From the NCBI GenBank assembly GCA_963736115.1, contig CAVTNR010000008.1, forward strand, positions 96,001 through 160,000: a DNA stretch of 64,000 bases, read 5' to 3'. The notes beneath the pieces were generated by a model. That model saw only the letters and a program-made list of their open reading frames with translations. It had not been told where the DNA came from and did no database searches. Below, piece after piece: positions 1 to 8,658 of this stretch. The position numbers were made by a program, and so were the translations under genes. How positions within the stretch are numbered: the first letter of the stretch is position 1; each line of letters begins with the position of its first letter. Origin of the DNA: an uncultured bacterium. Its GTDB lineage: Bacteria; Zhuqueibacterota; QNDG01; DTFT01.

Positions 1-243
1 CAATCGCTCCACGGGCTCGAACACCTGGGGATCGGTGTGGATCCGGAAAAGAACCGGTCGCATCAGACCCGCATCGAATCCGGCCGCGTTGCCGTGCTGG
101 TCATCCCGACGAACGAGGAACTTGCCATCGGCCGCGACACGGCCCGCCTTCTCTCCGGGGAGGGAAAGCCGGCCGGAGCCGCGGCCGCGGGACGGAAGCC
201 GGCGGCGAAGGCGAAAAAGCATCCGAAGACCGGGAAGGGCTGA
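1..243 (+). CDS. ackA: Acetate kinase, C-terminal fragment (runs off window start)
   Basis: Frame 1 reads GLEHLGIGVDPEKN...VAVLVIPTNEELAIGRDT, the typical AckA C-terminus, followed by a Lys/Ala-rich tail. Confidence 0.88.
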   Translation, partial: QSLHGLEHLGIGVDPEKNRSHQTRIESGRVAVLVIPTNEELAIGRDTARLLSGEGKPAGAAAAGRKPAAKAKKHPKTGKG

Positions 244-276
244 CGACTCTCCGGCACCCAACGAAAAGGATTGACC

Positions 277-774
277 ATGATCAGAATCAACCGGGAAGAG
301 GGGGGCTGGCTCATCGCCGTGAGCTGGCTTTCCGCCATCGAGGAAACGGCGCGCGACTTTCACGGCACCCGGCCCAAGGATTTCTGCGAACGGGTCTACG
401 AGCATTCCGTCGCGCATTACCTGGGCCGGCTGGGCGACGAATACGGACTGCCGATCCCGCGGACGCATTCCATCCGGGAGACCGTGGAGCAGTACATCCG
501 CATCGGCATCGCGGGCGGCCTGTTCCGGTCCGAAAGTGAATTCGAACTCTCGGACACGCATGCGAACCGGCTGGACATCACCGTCCACAACTGCGAATAT
601 CTGAAGAGCTGCCAGACCCTGATCGACGAGGGATTCACGATCAAGGACCTCACCTGCGCCCGCATCGGCTGTTTCCGGGCCGCGGTGAAGGCGTTGGCCC
701 ACATCGACTGCGACTATCAGGTCCGGTCGTTCAACCTGGACGGCGACTGCCAGGGCACGATTGAACGCGTTTAA
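277..774 (+). CDS. Hypothetical protein, V4R/MetOD1-like Cys-containing domain
   Basis: AAGGA RBS before ATG 277. The motif HNCEYLKSC...TCARIGC...C resembles V4R-clan ligand-binding domains. Confidence 0.55.
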   Translation: MIRINREEGGWLIAVSWLSAIEETARDFHGTRPKDFCERVYEHSVAHYLGRLGDEYGLPIPRTHSIRETVEQYIRIGIAGGLFRSESEFELSDTHANRLDITVHNCEYLKSCQTLIDEGFTIKDLTCARIGCFRAAVKALAHIDCDYQVRSFNLDGDCQGTIERV

Positions 775-1062
775 TCGGGCGGCCAGAAGCCCAAGCTTCC
801 GGGTGGTGTTATTTAGAATGATCGGAGTGCGGGCTTCTGGCCGCTCCGACGAGTCAAATTCGCCGTCGCTTCCCTTCAATAATTCAATAGGGATATTGAT
901 TGGTCCCGTGAAGCCTTCAATAAAATTAATCCGTTGATTGGTCCCGCAACGCGGGACGGGGCGGCGGCGATAATCCAAATTTCTTGTGAACCCCCACCGT
1001 CCGGCAAAGCCGGACCAAGCAGCCAGATGCGATTGTATTGAAGGCTTGCGGTGGGGTCACCT
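774..1062 (+). mobile_element. Palindromic MITE-like repeat family B, divergent copy, carrying 3 micro-element insertions
   Basis: ATCGGGCGGCCAGAAGCC...GGGCTTCTGGCCGCTCCGA hairpin plus ATCCAA.TTTCTTGTGA, shared with 4247-4542 and 30272-30521. Confidence 0.75.
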
Positions 1063-1079
1063 AACGCCGGAGAACGGTC

Positions 1080-2936
1080 GTGAACACCCAACTCAAGAAA
1101 CTGCTCCGGCAGGCCCGCGAGGACGCGGAGCCCACGGCCCGTCGCGAGGCCATTCTCGCGATCGGGCGCGAACGGGATCCCGCGGCCTTTCGCGCGCTGT
1201 CGGAATTCCTGAAGGACCCCTCGCCGGACATCCAGCGCGCGGCCGTGACCGGTCTCGGCCGGCAGGGAAATGCCGCGGCCGTCCCGCTGCTGGCCGGCCC
1301 GCGCATCATGCGTTCGGCCTCGACGGACGTGCGCTGGGCGGCTGTGTCCGCCCTGGGCCGCATCGGCGGACTGGACGCCGTGGAGCCCCTGGTACGAGCC
1401 GGCCGGGACGAGGAGTGGGTCGTCCGGAACCAGGCTGTCAACGACCTTCGCCGCATCCTCGCGGAAGCGGCCGCGGTCCCGGACACCCGGACCCTGAGCC
1501 TGCTCACCGTCCTGCTGGACGCCGACCGGCCCGAGATCGCCGAAATCGTTCTGGACGCGGTCGAAGCCGCGGGCGGCCGGATGCTGGATCCCATTCTCCG
1601 CGCGCTTCCGCATCACCGGTCCTCGCCGGTCTGGCGCGCCAACGCGGCGGCCGCGCTCGGTCGCATCGGAAATCCCGTCGCGGTGCCGTTTCTCGTCCGC
1701 CTGCTCGGGGACACGGACGGCCGCGTTCGGCGGAACGCGGTCGAGGCGCTCGGGCGGACCGGGGACGGCCGCGCGGCGGGCGCCGTGCTGGCGGCCCTGG
1801 AGGACATTCAGAGCGAGGTGCAGCGCGAGGCCGTCTGGGCCCTGACCCGCTTCGGCAGCCGCGGCACCGATCCCATTCATCATGCGCTCCGGCACAGTCG
1901 CAACAAGTACGTCCTGCGCGCCATGATCGCGACGCTCGGCGAAATCGGGGACGTCCGGTCCATTCCGGAAATCGTACCCTGCCTCGGCAGCACGTATTTC
2001 GTCGTGCGCGCCGCGGCCGTCAAGGCGCTGGTGAAATTCGGGGAGAAGGCCATACCGGGCCTCGTGTCCGTGCTCTCGTTCAACGGTTCGGACGTCAGAC
2101 CGCTGTTGGCCGACGCCGCGAAGGCGCTGAACCGAAGGTCCGGACGGTGCCTCCCGCCGGAATGCCGCAGGGCGGTACGCGCCCTGGCCGCGCTCGAGGA
2201 CCACCGCGCGGTCGCACTGATGAAGCGGATCGCGGCGGAGTGCGGTCCGGAGATCGCGGAAGAGGCTGAACAGGCACTGTTCCGGATCGGCACGGCCGCC
2301 TGGCAGAGGTGCTCGGCGCTCGTCTGCCTCAGGGAAATCGGGCCCCCGGCGGCGCTGAAACACGTCATCCGTTCGCTCGAAGACCCCTCCGCCAACGTCC
2401 GTCTCGAAGCGGTCCGCGCCCTGGGCCGCCTGCCGGGCGCCGGACGCGCCGTCAGGCTGTTGGCCGTTGCCGTGGCCGATCCGGATCCCTATCTCCGCGC
2501 CGAGGCGCTCGAGGTGCTGCGGCAGACCGGAGAAACCGGGCCGGACATGGCCGCATCCGCCATCCGCTGTCTCGGGGACACGGATCCGGACGTGCGCGCC
2601 GAAGCCGCGGGACTCCTGGGGAATCTCCGCGACAAGCGGGCCATTTTTCCGCTGCTCCGCCTGACAGGAGACCGGCATTGGAACGTTCAGGAGAGCGCTG
2701 AGAACGCGCTCCATAATTTCGGGAGGGAAGGGCTTCCGGCGCTTCGCCGGGGTCTGAATGACCGTTCGGCCCGGGTCCGTTTCCGTTCCTGCCGGCTGGC
2801 GGGCGAAGTCGCGGACAGGCGGTTTCTGCCCCTTCTCGACCGCATGGCGAAGCGGAAGGACGGGGACGCGGGGGCCGCGAAAGCCGCGGCCGGGGCAGCC
2901 GCCCGGATACGCGAACGCGCGGCGTCCGCAAAATGA
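1080..2936 (+). CDS. HEAT-repeat (PBS lyase-like) protein
   Basis: Many repeats of L.D....VR..A..ALG.IG over 618 aa. Confidence 0.9.
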   Translation: MNTQLKKLLRQAREDAEPTARREAILAIGRERDPAAFRALSEFLKDPSPDIQRAAVTGLGRQGNAAAVPLLAGPRIMRSASTDVRWAAVSALGRIGGLDAVEPLVRAGRDEEWVVRNQAVNDLRRILAEAAAVPDTRTLSLLTVLLDADRPEIAEIVLDAVEAAGGRMLDPILRALPHHRSSPVWRANAAAALGRIGNPVAVPFLVRLLGDTDGRVRRNAVEALGRTGDGRAAGAVLAALEDIQSEVQREAVWALTRFGSRGTDPIHHALRHSRNKYVLRAMIATLGEIGDVRSIPEIVPCLGSTYFVVRAAAVKALVKFGEKAIPGLVSVLSFNGSDVRPLLADAAKALNRRSGRCLPPECRRAVRALAALEDHRAVALMKRIAAECGPEIAEEAEQALFRIGTAAWQRCSALVCLREIGPPAALKHVIRSLEDPSANVRLEAVRALGRLPGAGRAVRLLAVAVADPDPYLRAEALEVLRQTGETGPDMAASAIRCLGDTDPDVRAEAAGLLGNLRDKRAIFPLLRLTGDRHWNVQESAENALHNFGREGLPALRRGLNDRSARVRFRSCRLAGEVADRRFLPLLDRMAKRKDGDAGAAKAAAGAAARIRERAASAK

Positions 2937-2994
2937 GAGCCATCGATTCGAATGCATGCGTTTTCGATTATCATTTAAAGTGAAGGAGAAGAAG

Positions 2995-4131
2995 ATGAAC
3001 CGAATCATGAGAACCCTGCTGTTGTGCGGCCTGGTTGCGACGGTGTTCGTGGTCCAGGGATGCGGACAAAAGGCAAAGCCGGGCGTGGTGCAATCGGCAT
3101 TCGGCGTGATGCCCGACGGCCGGGCCGTGGATCTGTTCACGCTGACGAACGGGAGCGGCATGGAGGCGAAGATCACGAATTACGGCTGCATCGTCACCCA
3201 TCTGACCGTACCGGACCGGAACGGAAAGCCCGGGGACGTGGTTCTGGGTTACGACAGCCTGTCCTCCTACCTGGCGGTGAATCCGTATTTCGGATGCGTC
3301 GCCGGGCGCTACGCCAACCGCATCGCGAAGGCGCAATTCAAACTCGACGGCAGGACGGTCCGGGTCACGCGCAATGACGGGCCCAACCACCTGCACGGCG
3401 GAAAGACCGGGTTCGACAAGGTGCTCTGGACCGCGGAACCCTCCGATTCGTCCGCGGCGCTGAAGCTGACGGTCACGGCCGCCGACGGGGAGGAAGGGTA
3501 TCCCGGGAACCTGACCGCGGTTGTGACCTACACCCTGACCGACGACAACGCGCTCCGCATCGATTACGAGGCCGTGACGGATAAACCGACCGTGGTCAAC
3601 CTGACCCAGCATTCCTATTTCAATCTGTCCGCCGATCCTTCGACGGACGCGCTGGATCACACGCTTCTCATACTGGCGGACCGGTTCACGCCCGTGGACC
3701 GGACCCTCATTCCGACCGGCGAACTCAAGTCCGTGGACGGCACGCCCTTTGATTTCCGCACACCGGTCGCGGTCGGGGCACGCATCGGCGCGGAAGACGA
3801 ACAGCTCAGGCGGGGCCTGGGATACGACCACAACTGGGTGCTGAACGGCTGGGACGGGTCGCTTCAGACCGTCGCTGAACTCGCCGATTCGGTTTCCGGA
3901 CGGACGATGGAAGTGCTGACCACGGAGCCCGGAATCCAGTTTTATTCCGGCAATTTCCTGGACGGGACGATTACGGGCAAGGGCGGTGTCGTGTACAACC
4001 GCAGGTCCGGGCTCTGCCTGGAAACCCAGCATTATCCGGATTCGCCGAACAAGCCGAAATTCCCTTCCACGGTGCTCCGGCCCGGGGAAACGTACAAGTC
4101 GACCACGGTGTATCGGTTTTCGGCGAAATAG
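2995..4131 (+). CDS. galM: Aldose 1-epimerase (galactose mutarotase) with lipoprotein signal
   Basis: Motifs GRYANRIA, HLHGG, NLTQHSYFNL, GYDHNW, CLETQHYPDSPN. RBS AAGGAG. N-terminal VVQGC lipobox. Confidence 0.93.
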   Translation: MNRIMRTLLLCGLVATVFVVQGCGQKAKPGVVQSAFGVMPDGRAVDLFTLTNGSGMEAKITNYGCIVTHLTVPDRNGKPGDVVLGYDSLSSYLAVNPYFGCVAGRYANRIAKAQFKLDGRTVRVTRNDGPNHLHGGKTGFDKVLWTAEPSDSSAALKLTVTAADGEEGYPGNLTAVVTYTLTDDNALRIDYEAVTDKPTVVNLTQHSYFNLSADPSTDALDHTLLILADRFTPVDRTLIPTGELKSVDGTPFDFRTPVAVGARIGAEDEQLRRGLGYDHNWVLNGWDGSLQTVAELADSVSGRTMEVLTTEPGIQFYSGNFLDGTITGKGGVVYNRRSGLCLETQHYPDSPNKPKFPSTVLRPGETYKSTTVYRFSAK

Positions 4132-4145
4132 GATAAACAGCTGAG

Positions 4146-4246
4146 GGTTTCAATCGGGGTTCGGTAAAGCCGGATACGGAATTCACCCTTCAGGGTTTCA
4201 TCCTGGAAAACCTCCCGCGGTGGATTGAGAAACCGCGGGAGGTTCC
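4146..4246 (-). repeat. Repeat family C (GAACCTCCC hairpin + ATGAAACCCTGAA.GGTGAA)
   Basis: Reverse complement matches 34780-34873. The hairpin alone recurs at about 21051-21085. Confidence 0.6.
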
Positions 4247-4542
4247 ATCGGGCGGCCAGAAGCCTGTTCATTCTGGTTCCAATTTTACTGGATGATCGGA
4301 GATTGGGCTTCTGGCCGCTCCGACGGGTCTGATTCTCCGGCCCCGCGATGCGGGATCAAGCTACAGATGCCGGCTATTGAAGACTTCGCCGGACCAAGCA
4401 ATGAGATTGATTCATTAATGAAGGCCCGCCGCTTGCCTTCAATATGATAAAAAATTATAATAGCTTGGTCCCGCGCAACGGGACGGCGTCCATCATCCAA
4501 GTTTCTTGTGATACCCCGCTGCTTGCGGCGGGGTCTTTCATT
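4247..4542 (+). mobile_element. Palindromic MITE-like repeat family B with 3 micro-element insertions
   Basis: Near-identical backbone to 30272-30521. Ends in a GC hairpin plus TTCAT, like IS200/IS605 right ends. Confidence 0.8.
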
Positions 4543-4687
4543 GTGAAAAGCCGGAGAAACAGAAGGCATCCCCGTCAGGCCGGGGCAAGGGGGGATGCGT
4601 TTCGAGAATGAAACCGCGTTTGCTCCGGACAGCCGGAATGCGCCGGTTCAGCAGAAAGTGTCATTACCTATCCGAAGGGAGTCCGTC

Positions 4688-5602
4688 ATGAACCGTGACC
4701 CGAAGACGGGTTTTCAGCGGGTCAGAGGGTTGTTTTCATGGGCCAGGCAGTCCGTTTTCCGCCTCATCCCCCGGCCGGTCAAGAACATCCTGAAGGGCTT
4801 TTTGCTCCGGCTGGCCGATGCAGGCCAGCGGCGGCGGCGGCGCGTTCTATTCGGTGAAAAGGCCCGTTTCGTCGCGCCTCTCTGGATCATCAACGACGGC
4901 CCGCGCGATTACGGTATATTCCGGCGGAATGGGGATGAGTTTTTCAATATTTTCACCGGGCAATGCGGGTTGAAAAATACGGACCGGATATTCGACATCG
5001 GATGCGGCGCTGGCCGGAAAACCATCCCCCTTCTTGATTTCGTGGATCCAGGCTCCGGCGGGTACGACGGACTCGACGTATACCAGCCCCATGTCGACTG
5101 GTGCAGGAAAACCATGCAGGCCGAGTATCCCCATTTCCGTTTTCATTTCAAGGATATCTGGAGCAAGCTGTACAATCCAACCGGCAGGCTGAAAGCGGCA
5201 GAGGTCCGGTTCCCCTTTTCGGACGCGTCGTTCGATTTTATCATCATGGGATCGGTGTTCACCCACCTGTTCATGGACGACACCGCCCATTACATTTCCG
5301 AGATCGGACGGGTCACGCGGCGCGGGGCCAGGGGGATGGTTTCATTTTTTCTGCTGAATCCCGAATCCGAGAAACTGATCGGGGAAGGGCGGTCCGAGGT
5401 GAACCTGGTCCATGATGACGGATCCGGATGCAAAGCGGACAATGCCGAGCGGTATGAGAGCGCGGTCGGGCACGACGAACGGAAGATCCGGACACTGTTC
5501 GCCGCCCAGGGGTTTGACGCGCGCCCGTTTTACGGGTCCTGGTGCGGCCGGAAGGATTTTCTCAGTTATCAGGACGTGGTCCGGATTGAAAAGGTCCGGT
5601 GA
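4688..5602 (+). CDS. Class I SAM-dependent methyltransferase
   Basis: Motifs IFDIGCGAG, FPFSDASFDFI, SVFTHL, GSWCGR...SYQD. GGGAG RBS before ATG 4688. Confidence 0.85.
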   Translation: MNRDPKTGFQRVRGLFSWARQSVFRLIPRPVKNILKGFLLRLADAGQRRRRRVLFGEKARFVAPLWIINDGPRDYGIFRRNGDEFFNIFTGQCGLKNTDRIFDIGCGAGRKTIPLLDFVDPGSGGYDGLDVYQPHVDWCRKTMQAEYPHFRFHFKDIWSKLYNPTGRLKAAEVRFPFSDASFDFIIMGSVFTHLFMDDTAHYISEIGRVTRRGARGMVSFFLLNPESEKLIGEGRSEVNLVHDDGSGCKADNAERYESAVGHDERKIRTLFAAQGFDARPFYGSWCGRKDFLSYQDVVRIEKVR

Positions 5603-5710
5603 CATGAAAGGCGACGACTTCATCTTGAAATTCGTCCCTCTGCCGTTCGGCCGCTTCGGAGCCGCCGGGCTGAAGAATGGAACCATTCCATGCCGCATCA
5701 GGAGGATCTC

Positions 5711-7978
5711 ATGAAGAAAACTGTGATCATGACCGCTGCGGCCGTGCTGGCCGCATTCGCATGCGGGTGCGGCCGGAAGGCCCCTGTCCGGATCGATCTC
5801 GTGGACGGGTGGAAATTCAGCGCCGGCGACAGTCTACTCTGGGCTTCTCCCGAATTCGACGATTCCGGGTGGAAGCCGATCCGGCCGGACCGGCTTTGGG
5901 AGGAGCAGGGCTGGACGGGCTATGACGGGTTCGGCTGGTACCGCGTGCGGTTCTTCCTGCCCGGTTCCCTGAAGGCATCGGCGTTTTTCCGGGACAGCGT
6001 GGAGGTCGTCCTGGGCCGGATCGACGATACGGACCAGGCCTTCTTGAACGGCCGCCTCATCGGGCAGAACGCGGCGCTGATGCCGGACGTGCCGCCCGGG
6101 CCGTTCACAGGCAGCCGGCAATCCTATGCCTGGGTCCGCCGGTACGCCCTGGCCGCGGAAGATCCGCGCCTGTTCTGGGACCGGACCAACACGCTGGCCG
6201 TCCGCGTCCACGACCACGGCGGGGGAGGGGGATTGTATTCCGGGATTCCCGCCGTTCGGGTAAGAGCGCTTACCGATTTCGTTCTGATAGACGACAGCGG
6301 GTCGCCTTTTGAACCGACGGAGAAGGGCGGTTTACGGAAGACGGTTTTCCTCAGCAATCTCTCGCCGGACCTGCGGTTCGCCGGGACGATCGATATCCGG
6401 GTCGAGCAGTCCGAACCGCGAAAGGTCCTGTTCCACGGCACGAAGCAGGCGGTTCTCGATCCCCTTGCCGGTTTCTCGCAGAGCTTCGTCTTCGACGCTC
6501 CTTCCGGGACGCCCGCAGCCGTGACCGTGGCTTTCCGGGATGACGCCTCCGGCCAGTCCGTGATCCGCCGGTCCGAAGTGCCGTACATCCTCACGCCGCT
6601 GCCGCCGGATGAACCCCGCATCAACGGCGCGGGGATTTACGGGCAGCGACCCGGACGGCCCTTCCTTTACCGCATCGCGGCGACCGGCCTCAGGCCCATG
6701 ACCTTCGACGCGGACGGGCTCCCGGAAGGATTAACAATAGCCCGGGATTCCGGAATCATCCGCGGCCGGGTTTCGGCTGAAGGCACTCATGTCGTCCGGT
6801 TGCGCGCGAGGAATGCCCTGGGCGAGGCTTCCCGGCCCATCAAAATCGTCATCGGCGACCGCATCCAGCTGACTCCGCCCATGGGATGGAATTCCTGGAA
6901 CTGCTGGGGCCTTGCAGTGGATGATGAGAAGGTCCGCGCAGCGGCCGACCGGTTCATTGACACCGGACTGGCCGACCATGGATGGACTTATGTGAACATC
7001 GACGACGGCTGGGAAAGGGAGGCGCGCCTGCCGGACGGCGGCATCACGGCCAACCGAAAATTCCCCGGCATGAAAAAGACGGCGGATTACGTCCATGACC
7101 AGGGGCTGAAAATCGGCATTTATTCCTCGCCCGGACCGTTGACCTGCGGCGGCTATCTCGGAAGCTGGGGGCACGAGGAACAGGACGCCCGGACCTGGGC
7201 GGCATGGGGGATCGATTACCTGAAATACGACTGGTGCTCCTACGGCACGCTGGCGAAGGACGACGGCCGCGAGGAGCTCATGAAGCCGTACCGGGTGATG
7301 CGCCGCGCCTTGGACCGCCTCGATCGGGACATTGTGTTCAGCCTCTGCCAGTACGGCATGGGAAACGTCTGGGAGTGGGGTGACGAAGTCGGGGGCAATC
7401 TCTGGCGCACGACCGGGGACATCACAGACACGTGGAAGAGTATGTCCGGGATCGGGTTCAGCCAGACCGTTCAGGGGCCGTTCGCCGGATCCGGCAGATG
7501 GAACGATCCGGACATGCTGGTGGTGGGCTGGGTCGGCTGGGGACCTGCCGTCCGCCCGACGGGGCTGACCGCGAGCGAGCAGTACACGCACATCAGCCTG
7601 TGGTGCCTGCTGTCCGCTCCCCTCCTGCTGGGATGCGACCTGACCCGGCTCGACGCGTTCACTCTGAACCTGCTCACCAACGACGAAGTGCTGGCGGTGA
7701 ATCAGGATCCCCTGGGCCGCCAGGCCGGCCGTATTTCGGATTCGGATTCCATCCAGGTTTGGGCCAAGCCGTTGGAGGACGGATCCTTCGCGGTCGGCTT
7801 GTTCAATCTCAGCCTTCGGGATCGCAAGGGTTCGGTTTCGTGGGACCAGTTGTCTGTTCGAGGAACCCAGCGGGTCCGGGATCTCTGGAGACAGAAGGAC
7901 CTCGGGTTGCATGCCAAAGGATTCAAGACGGGAATACCCGGACACGGCGTCGTCCTGATCCGGATTGCGGGCGCGTGA
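5711..7978 (+). CDS. Alpha-galactosidase GH27 lipoprotein with N-terminal jelly-roll and Ig-like domains
   Basis: Motifs TPPMGWNSWN, NIDDGW, DYLKYDWC, WRTTGDI, WNDPDML. RBS GGAGG. Confidence 0.92.
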   Translation: MKKTVIMTAAAVLAAFACGCGRKAPVRIDLVDGWKFSAGDSLLWASPEFDDSGWKPIRPDRLWEEQGWTGYDGFGWYRVRFFLPGSLKASAFFRDSVEVVLGRIDDTDQAFLNGRLIGQNAALMPDVPPGPFTGSRQSYAWVRRYALAAEDPRLFWDRTNTLAVRVHDHGGGGGLYSGIPAVRVRALTDFVLIDDSGSPFEPTEKGGLRKTVFLSNLSPDLRFAGTIDIRVEQSEPRKVLFHGTKQAVLDPLAGFSQSFVFDAPSGTPAAVTVAFRDDASGQSVIRRSEVPYILTPLPPDEPRINGAGIYGQRPGRPFLYRIAATGLRPMTFDADGLPEGLTIARDSGIIRGRVSAEGTHVVRLRARNALGEASRPIKIVIGDRIQLTPPMGWNSWNCWGLAVDDEKVRAAADRFIDTGLADHGWTYVNIDDGWEREARLPDGGITANRKFPGMKKTADYVHDQGLKIGIYSSPGPLTCGGYLGSWGHEEQDARTWAAWGIDYLKYDWCSYGTLAKDDGREELMKPYRVMRRALDRLDRDIVFSLCQYGMGNVWEWGDEVGGNLWRTTGDITDTWKSMSGIGFSQTVQGPFAGSGRWNDPDMLVVGWVGWGPAVRPTGLTASEQYTHISLWCLLSAPLLLGCDLTRLDAFTLNLLTNDEVLAVNQDPLGRQAGRISDSDSIQVWAKPLEDGSFAVGLFNLSLRDRKGSVSWDQLSVRGTQRVRDLWRQKDLGLHAKGFKTGIPGHGVVLIRIAGA

Positions 7979-8136
7979 AAATTCCTTGCAATATTAAAAG
8001 AATGCGGACTTTGAGGCGCGGTAGGCATGTGTTATAATTTCAAGGTCTTACGTGCCGGGACAAGTGTATTGCCGTTGACTGAGGCATGCCATTTGCACGG
8101 ATTACAATACACTAAAATTAAGAAATAATCAGAAGG

Positions 8137-8529
8137 ATGCATTTGAACACGGACCATAAAAAAACTCCCTTTAAAACATGCCCCGTCTGTAAGGCTGTTT
8201 GGGATAGTCGGGATGATTTCATCTCCGACCCCGACATCAAAGTCGGCGGGTATCAGGTAAATTTCGATAACTGCCGGCTCGGCTTTTTCCTCTTCAATCA
8301 CATGACGTGCAGGAATACGCTGGGCGTGAAAGCCTCCGATTTCCTGGACCTGCACGACGGTCCGGTTTACGAGAAACAGCTCGTCGGTACCGGGGAGTGC
8401 CCGGGCTACTGCCTGCATCAGAGCGAACTACGGCCCTGCCCGGCCAAATGCGAATGCGCTTTCGTGCGCGACGTTCTGGACCGGCTGACGCGTTGGCCGA
8501 AATCGGTGCGTCCGTCCTCTCCGACTTAA
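8137..8529 (+). CDS. Small Cys-rich hypothetical protein
   Basis: CPVC, HMTC, CPGYC and CPAKCEC motifs. GAAGG RBS and a downstream terminator. Confidence 0.75.
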   Translation: MHLNTDHKKTPFKTCPVCKAVWDSRDDFISDPDIKVGGYQVNFDNCRLGFFLFNHMTCRNTLGVKASDFLDLHDGPVYEKQLVGTGECPGYCLHQSELRPCPAKCECAFVRDVLDRLTRWPKSVRPSSPT

Positions 8530-8530
8530 T

Positions 8531-8561
8531 GAAAAAGGCCCGCTCTAGCCGGGCCTTTTTC
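8531..8561. terminator. Bidirectional intrinsic terminator
   Basis: AAAAAGGCCCG-loop-CGGGCCTTTTT between convergent genes. Confidence 0.8.
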
Positions 8562-8658
8562 ATTTTAGTTCAACGCAAGGGCTCCTGCCACTGCGAAATC
8601 TGAAATCCGCCGGTTCCGAATCCCTGCGCAGAGGCGGGAACTTCTGTGCGGAAAAAAA

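Noticed and set aside
873-1044. CRISPR array (ATTGAAG-ending repeats with variable segments)
   Set aside because: Units are dispersed, in mixed orientation and nested. The variable part is internal and related between copies, and there are no cas genes.
876-3176. 766-aa minus-strand ORF
   Set aside because: Antisense shadow of the HEAT-repeat gene in GC-rich DNA; no motifs.
8570-8655. Cobalamin riboswitch (GCCACTG, GGGAA)
   Set aside because: It lies between convergent gene ends and the other conserved elements are missing.
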